Shown here: positions 57,441 through 62,441 of the stretch, in pieces | How positions within the stretch are numbered: position 1 is the first letter of the stretch | Layout of the letters: every line of letters begins with the position of its first letter | Assembly: GCA_964567535.1 (NCBI GenBank) | Contig: CAZMNC010000150.1 | Coordinates: 1 to 62,441, forward strand | From: an uncultured Desulfobacterales bacterium | GTDB lineage: Bacteria > Desulfobacterota > DSM-4660 > Desulfatiglandales > JALVZP01 | DNA: 62,441 nucleotides | Direction: 5' to 3' | Made by a program: the position numbers and the translations under genes | The notes under the pieces: model-generated | The model's input: the letters and a program-made list of their open reading frames with translations, nothing else | What the model was told of the DNA's origin: nothing | The model's database searches: none

Positions 57441-58810
57441 AAGCAGAAATATTTTCATTACGTGATATTTGGGGTTGTGTTTCTATAGTTTTAATTGATC
57501 TTTTAATATCAGTGCTAATATTTTATTCTTTATTAATTGAAAGGTCTCAAACTATGGGACCATATCCATTTTTATCTGTCTTGCTACTATCTATATGTAT
57601 ATTAACAGCACTTATTATCTCGGGTATATATTCATTCCTAAAGGATTTTACTCCATTATCATTGGCAAGGTGCATACTTTATTCTCTATTTCCAGCAGTA
57701 ACATATATAGCATTAGTGTTGATATTTCTTTCTGAAACAGAATTATTAAAACATATATTACTCCTTATGATCCCTTTATACATAGCAATTTATATATTCC
57801 ACTTTTTTGTTCTTTATATATTAGATATCAATAAAAAGAGGGTAATATTTGTCGGGGCGAATGAGAAAACTGAACAAATTATAGATGGCATAAAAAAAAT
57901 AAGATTTACTTGCTATAAACCTATTGGAGTTATTACATATCTTCCTGAAAAGGTTGGCAAGAAAATATCTGATATTCCAATAATTGGAGAAATAAAAGAT
58001 TTAGAAAAATTAGCTATATCATCAAAATGTGATGTTATTGTCTTTTGTCTTAAAGAATGGCGAGGCAAGATGTCATTTCATCAATTAATAAAACTGAAAT
58101 TACTAAATATCCGATTTGAAGACGGAACGTTATTTTATGAGAAAATAATTTATGCCTTACCCATTACTGAATTTTTAAGGCCAAGCATATTCCTATTTCA
58201 ATCAGGTTTTCAAATAAGTTTATTCCATAGCACAGTAAAAAGGGCCACTGGAATTATAATGGCATTAGTTATACTCTTATTATCGTTCCCTATAATGTTA
58301 ATTATATCGATTCTGATAAAATTAGATTCTCCGGGTCCAGTTTTTTATCTTCAAGATAGAGTAGGACTTAACGGAAAAGTATTTAGATTGATAAAATTTC
58401 GTTCAATGATAAAAGACGCAGAGAAATATACAGGACCAATATTTGCTCAAAAAAAAGATCCCAGAATAACAAGAATTGGTAAAATCTTAAGAAGATTTAG
58501 GCTTGATGAACTTCCTCAGTTTATAAATATCCTTAAAGGGGATATGAACCTTGTTGGACCAAGACCCGAAAGACCAGAATTTGTAAAAAAGATGCGGGAA
58601 GTAATTCCATATTATGACTTAAGACACACTATAAGACCGGGTATTACAGGATGGGCTCAAGTAAAGTATAAATATGGAGATTCTATAGAGGATGGAAGAA
58701 AAAAATTAGAATATGATCTGTTTTATATAAAAAACAGATCTTTATTTTTAGATATTATCATAGTATTTATAACAATAAAAGTTATGTTAACAGGATGGGG
58801 AAGCAGATAA
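57437..58810 (+). CDS. Polyprenyl-phosphate glycosyl-1-phosphate transferase (bacterial sugar transferase, WbaP/EpsB-like priming enzyme)
   Basis: Multi-TM N-terminus, central Rossmann-like region, and the C-terminal catalytic block PGPVFYLQDRVGLNGKVFRLIKFRSM..DELPQFINILKGDMNLVGPRPERP. Confidence 0.9.
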   Translation: MKAEIFSLRDIWGCVSIVLIDLLISVLIFYSLLIERSQTMGPYPFLSVLLLSICILTALIISGIYSFLKDFTPLSLARCILYSLFPAVTYIALVLIFLSETELLKHILLLMIPLYIAIYIFHFFVLYILDINKKRVIFVGANEKTEQIIDGIKKIRFTCYKPIGVITYLPEKVGKKISDIPIIGEIKDLEKLAISSKCDVIVFCLKEWRGKMSFHQLIKLKLLNIRFEDGTLFYEKIIYALPITEFLRPSIFLFQSGFQISLFHSTVKRATGIIMALVILLLSFPIMLIISILIKLDSPGPVFYLQDRVGLNGKVFRLIKFRSMIKDAEKYTGPIFAQKKDPRITRIGKILRRFRLDELPQFINILKGDMNLVGPRPERPEFVKKMREVIPYYDLRHTIRPGITGWAQVKYKYGDSIEDGRKKLEYDLFYIKNRSLFLDIIIVFITIKVMLTGWGSR

Positions 58811-59860
58811 TTACAAATCTATATACTTTCGGATAAATGGACCAAAAAAATTTGCAAAAAAAATTGGCATTTTCTTCCATAATTTAACAAACATCTTATA
58901 TCTTTCTTTAACATCTATTATATTTTTATCTTCATCAGAGGGATAATATGAGTATTTATACCAATAAAGGGGGATTTCTTCTGTACCCCATTGTTTTTTG
59001 AATCTATAAGTACCTGATCCATAAGATGACCGTCCAAAACTAAAATAGCTAAACCCTTTTTTACAAGCATACTCTAACATCTTCCAATAAAGAAACATAT
59101 TAGGACTAAATTTATTATATCTTTTTAAAGAAGAAGCCCAAGGATTTTCCAAAGTATCCTTTAAACCTAAGGTAAAAGCACACGAAATTGGTATTTTTTT
59201 ATAATATGCAACAAAGATCCTTGAATATGTGGAAAAATATTTAAAAATCATATACATAAGTTTATATGAATGCACAGGAGAACCTAAATCCTTCATATTT
59301 GTAGAAAACACCTTATAAAAGTCTTTTAACAGTTCCATACCACCAATCTTAACATATATACCCTCTTTTAAAGGTCTTTTTATTTGACTTCTAAGCTTAG
59401 ATTTAAATGATAACATAAGGCTTTCTGGAGAGGTGTTTATTAGACTTTTTACCATTCTAACTTTTCTTGTATATTTTGAAAAACAATTATCAGTGTCTAA
59501 AGGCAAGGGATATGCTTGTCTTATTTCTATACTTTTACTTTTAAATTTATAAGCAATTCTTATAGCTTTGTTCAATAAACAAGTTGTTACCTCTGGAGAG
59601 TCTGATAATATACCTGCATAATCAAAAAAAGGAATAGATACAAATTTTGAACCAATAATAGGGACCTTAATCAAAATAAGAGGCAATATTCCTACAACAT
59701 TATCTTGATTAACAGCTACAAGAAATAAAGGTTTATGTCCATATACTGCTTTAATAATATAACTCCATTCAAACATATGAAATATAGAACCATCCTTCTT
59801 AGAAAGCACATATTTATTCCATATATCTTTAATATCTTTCTTTATTGTATGAATTTTCAT
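58811..59860 (-). CDS. FemAB-like/GNAT-fold acyl(aminoacyl)transferase of the type found in PEP-CTERM EPS loci
   Basis: 349 aa. N-terminal W..YV....GSIFHMFEWSYIIKAVYGHKPLFLVA...VVGILPL block and C-terminal YRFKKQWG motif typical of FemAB-family EPS proteins. Confidence 0.65.
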   Translation of the reverse strand: MKIHTIKKDIKDIWNKYVLSKKDGSIFHMFEWSYIIKAVYGHKPLFLVAVNQDNVVGILPLILIKVPIIGSKFVSIPFFDYAGILSDSPEVTTCLLNKAIRIAYKFKSKSIEIRQAYPLPLDTDNCFSKYTRKVRMVKSLINTSPESLMLSFKSKLRSQIKRPLKEGIYVKIGGMELLKDFYKVFSTNMKDLGSPVHSYKLMYMIFKYFSTYSRIFVAYYKKIPISCAFTLGLKDTLENPWASSLKRYNKFSPNMFLYWKMLEYACKKGFSYFSFGRSSYGSGTYRFKKQWGTEEIPLYWYKYSYYPSDEDKNIIDVKERYKMFVKLWKKMPIFFANFFGPFIRKYIDL

Positions 59861-60698
59861 AATAGCTTAGATATGATGAACAGGTTATAGATTCACATAT
59901 ACCTTTTAAAGAATCAAAAAAATTAGATAGCTTAATAAAGGTGTTTTTTAAGTTAAAATAATGTCTTATCCTATATTGAAACCGCATATCATCTGGTACT
60001 CTTTGATAAGGATCAATTTCCCAAGGATGTATATAGAACACATAAACACCATTTTTTTTCAAAATATACTTGACGCCAAGACAAAATAAAAACGAAGGTA
60101 TTAATCTAAAATATGCTCCTCCTGCCCATGGTAAAACAAAATTTTTGATATAGAGATTACTAACAGGAATTTCATAAAAGCCATTGAATACCCTGTAGAT
60201 ATAATTTGTTTTTTTCTTTAAAATACTGGGCCTTCCATATCTATTATTTAAATGAAAAGAATTATAGCTGGAATCGTACATATATCCAGACTTATAAATA
60301 AGATGTAATGTCTTATTATTTATTGAAAAATTTGGTGCCCTATAACCTTTAACCTCGCTCCCAACAATATCTTCCAATATTTGTTTACTTTTTACAAATT
60401 CTTCATTAAGCCTTACATTATCAAGCCTTGTTAATTGGGTATGATAATATCCATGAGAAGCTATTTCATGTCCCATATATTTTATTTCTCTTATAAGACT
60501 TGGTTCTTTTTCTGCTATCCATGCCAACACAAAAAAAGTAGCATGGATACCCTTTTCATCAAAGAGATTCAAAAGCCTATATACGTTATCATGACATTTT
60601 AATTTTTCCTGATCCCAAATATTATATGGAAACCAAGGACGCAGATTTTCTACTTGGAACCATTCTTCAAGATCTACAGTAACTATTAATTCTGCCAT
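59829..60698 (-). CDS. Polysaccharide deacetylase (NodB-type; resembles the exosortase-locus subfamily)
   Basis: TVDLEEWFQVENL N-terminal motif, HEIASHGYYH His motif, GYRAPNFS. Confidence 0.8.
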   Translation of the reverse strand: MAELIVTVDLEEWFQVENLRPWFPYNIWDQEKLKCHDNVYRLLNLFDEKGIHATFFVLAWIAEKEPSLIREIKYMGHEIASHGYYHTQLTRLDNVRLNEEFVKSKQILEDIVGSEVKGYRAPNFSINNKTLHLIYKSGYMYDSSYNSFHLNNRYGRPSILKKKTNYIYRVFNGFYEIPVSNLYIKNFVLPWAGGAYFRLIPSFLFCLGVKYILKKNGVYVFYIHPWEIDPYQRVPDDMRFQYRIRHYFNLKNTFIKLSNFFDSLKGICESITCSSYLSYYENSYNKERY

Positions 60699-60702
60699 AA
60701 AT

Positions 60703-61797
60703 TCAAAATGGCAAAAGGTTTGTTATCTTTGCCATACCTTTAAATAAAACAAAAAAAGGCCGAATTAATCTATAAAATAATAACATAAAGATATTATTTG
60801 TGCCAAATCTTACCTTTAAATAAGCATTAGAAGGAAAAAGAGATGAAATAAATATAACCAAAATATCTCTTATCTTTCTCATTCCTGAAATGTATGTAAT
60901 ATTCTCTATTTTCAAATTACCATGAGCCTTTTTTACAAATAAACAAAATCTATTTTCCAACACATTTATTTCTTTTAATAAATCATCAGGTACATTTGCA
61001 CCTAAAAGCTGTTTTGCCTCTTGCAAACCCAAAAATAACAATCTTTTTGATCTTTCATTTATTATATATTTATATATAAAATCCCACTGAATAGTCCATT
61101 TATCAATAATTTTTTTTATATCATATAACCATATAAGCCTATAATAGAAATGATGAGTTGCCATATGAATAAGAGAATGCAACAGAAGAATTTCAGGCGT
61201 AGGAATAAATATATTATCACTCAAATGAATGGCTTGAGAAAACAATCTTTCGTCCTCACCTATACCTATATACAGCCTTTCAAGATGGGTAAACAGATCT
61301 ATATTAATATTATTAGAAGTGTATGTTCTTCCACTCCCCAATCTCCTATCCCAAACATTATATTCTATATTTATTATCTTATAGCCGTTTTCTTTAAAAA
61401 AAATATTTACTTTTGTAAAATCCTTTTCTTTTACCATAATATCTATATCAGACATTGGTCTCAGATAAGGTTCGCTATAAATAGTCATTATCAATGCTGA
61501 ACCTTTTAACAACAATATTGGGATATTCTGTTTTTTTAGATGAGAAGATATTTTTGTAATCTCTTCTAAAAAGAGACTATTTTTAATTTTAGTCCAAATA
61601 TATAATGATTTTAATCCCTTTAAAAACTTTCTATGCAAATCAACTTGTTTTAATTTGGTATATAGCAGTGGCCCAATACCTTCTCTATTACATAAATCCA
61701 ACATCTCTATCCAATCCCAATCAGACATAGGACAAATCTTACCCGTTAGACACAAACTAATCCATTTTCTCTTTTTTTGAAATTCCTTATCTATCAT
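60703..61797 (-). CDS. Uncharacterised nucleotidyltransferase-family protein (NTP_transf_5-like)
   Basis: LLLKGSAL..YSEPYLRPMSDIDIMVKEKDF (nucleotidyltransferase G[SA]..D.D-type motif), about 365 aa. Start set at MIDKE (ATG 61797), overlapping the upstream stop. Confidence 0.6.
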   Translation of the reverse strand: MIDKEFQKKRKWISLCLTGKICPMSDWDWIEMLDLCNREGIGPLLYTKLKQVDLHRKFLKGLKSLYIWTKIKNSLFLEEITKISSHLKKQNIPILLLKGSALIMTIYSEPYLRPMSDIDIMVKEKDFTKVNIFFKENGYKIINIEYNVWDRRLGSGRTYTSNNINIDLFTHLERLYIGIGEDERLFSQAIHLSDNIFIPTPEILLLHSLIHMATHHFYYRLIWLYDIKKIIDKWTIQWDFIYKYIINERSKRLLFLGLQEAKQLLGANVPDDLLKEINVLENRFCLFVKKAHGNLKIENITYISGMRKIRDILVIFISSLFPSNAYLKVRFGTNNIFMLLFYRLIRPFFVLFKGMAKITNLLPF

Positions 61798-62441
61798 GAT
61801 TTTTATATAGAGTATCCAAGATATGTCTAATGATAGATATATCCTGAAGTATATCATACCCTGTAATAATATGATAACCAGGAAAACAGCACAGTTTTTC
61901 TATAAATGCCAGTTGATTAAGTAAAATTTTTTTATCTAACGCCCATAATATATGCTTATATAAATCATACCTTAATACAGAAGCAGAAACAGCTTGAAAT
62001 TTAGTCTTTTTATTTATACCACATAAAACTAAAATACTCGCTAAATCTCCTTTATCAAATTTGCAAGGCTCAATTGGATCTAAGTATAAAGAATATAAAG
62101 ATCTTTTTGATTGTATCCCAAAAAATAAGGGCAAAACTTCCACCATATTAACATTATCTTTCATTAATATAATATCGTCCCCTATTATTTTTAATCCCAT
62201 TTTTATAAATGTCTTAGCAAGGGTGGTTTTACCACTACTGCTTGGTCCTAAAAAAACAAAAGCCTTTCCTCTATATAATACTCCTGTCCCATGGAAAGGC
62301 CATATACCCTTTTTTACAAGTATAGAATTAAAAACAGAGGCTATTTCTGTAATAGAATTTTTTGGTATAAAATTAACTTCCTGAAATATGCCATTCTGAC
62401 AATCTATTTCAAATGGAGACAGAATTTTTTTTAGGTTTAAT
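61787..62441 (-). CDS. HPr kinase-related P-loop protein (5' end beyond the right window edge)
   Basis: The ORF-track Met at 62200 is internal. The frame stays open to the window end: hand translation gives ..PFHGTGVLYRGKAFVFLGPSSSGKTTLAKTFIKMGLKIIGDDIILMKD.. The Walker A loop followed by G..i.gDD matches the HPr kinase C-terminal domain pattern (G.SG.GKS..AL.L...GH.LV.DD). Confidence 0.7.
   Translation of the reverse strand, partial: LNLKKILSPFEIDCQNGIFQEVNFIPKNSITEIASVFNSILVKKGIWPFHGTGVLYRGKAFVFLGPSSSGKTTLAKTFIKMGLKIIGDDIILMKDNVNMVEVLPLFFGIQSKRSLYSLYLDPIEPCKFDKGDLASILVLCGINKKTKFQAVSASVLRYDLYKHILWALDKKILLNQLAFIEKLCCFPGYHIITGYDILQDISIIRHILDTLYKNHDR

Noticed and set aside
1-62441. Search by eye for CRISPR arrays, tRNA/rRNA genes, transposases, integrases, phage genes and toxin-antitoxin or restriction-type defence cassettes
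   Set aside because: No intergenic gap exceeds about 205 bp. No regularly spaced direct repeats were seen. No ORF shows transposase (DDE), integrase (R..HxxR..Y) or typical defence-system signatures. Absence is stated only at the level of manual inspection.

Overview
AT-rich bacterial chromosomal window, densely coded (about 61 protein genes, most with overlapping or near-abutting stop/start codons). I found no rRNA, tRNA, CRISPR array, transposase or integrase. Blocks from left to right: (1) 1-4167: a SagB-type dehydrogenase, cut by the window edge, divergent from a coupled J-domain / B12-type radical SAM / TauE-like permease operon. (2) 4217-11562: a type IV pilus tip and minor-pilin operon (small ORF, PilY1-like vWA adhesin, four prepilin-type genes) plus a DsbA-like oxidoreductase. 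(3) 11756-17446: housekeeping genes (uppP, macro domain, LUD domain, selB, M24 peptidase, RseC-like). (4) 17443-23849: an rnf operon headed by a tetrahaem cytochrome c. Its RnfC lacks the usual NADH/FMN motifs and its RnfB is fused to a GltD/NfnB-like flavoprotein. (5) 23984-44338: a motility and chemotaxis region: GT2-TPR, cheX-cheY-CheC-like/CBS, cheA-W-Y-B-R, fliC-flaG-fliD-fliS, two unknown ORFs, HD-GYP, PilZ and three MCPs. A recurring sigma28-like motif, CGAACAT-N13-CCGATAA, sits upstream of several of these genes. (6) 44352-62441: an orphan DUF123 gene followed by an exopolysaccharide locus with marker genes typical of PEP-CTERM/exosortase-type loci. This locus also contains a histidine phosphatase / phosphosulfolactate synthase (ComA) / ATP-grasp trio, a doubly degenerate GAF-GGDEF protein and an HPr-kinase-like plus nucleotidyltransferase pair. 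The most promising candidates for undescribed biology are the sulfolactate module embedded in the EPS operon and the rewired Rnf complex. The gene content (Rnf plus c3-type cytochrome, SelB, flagella) suggests an anaerobe of a sulfate-reducer-like lineage, but that is only a guess. All family assignments come from motif recognition by eye and need HMM or BLAST confirmation.
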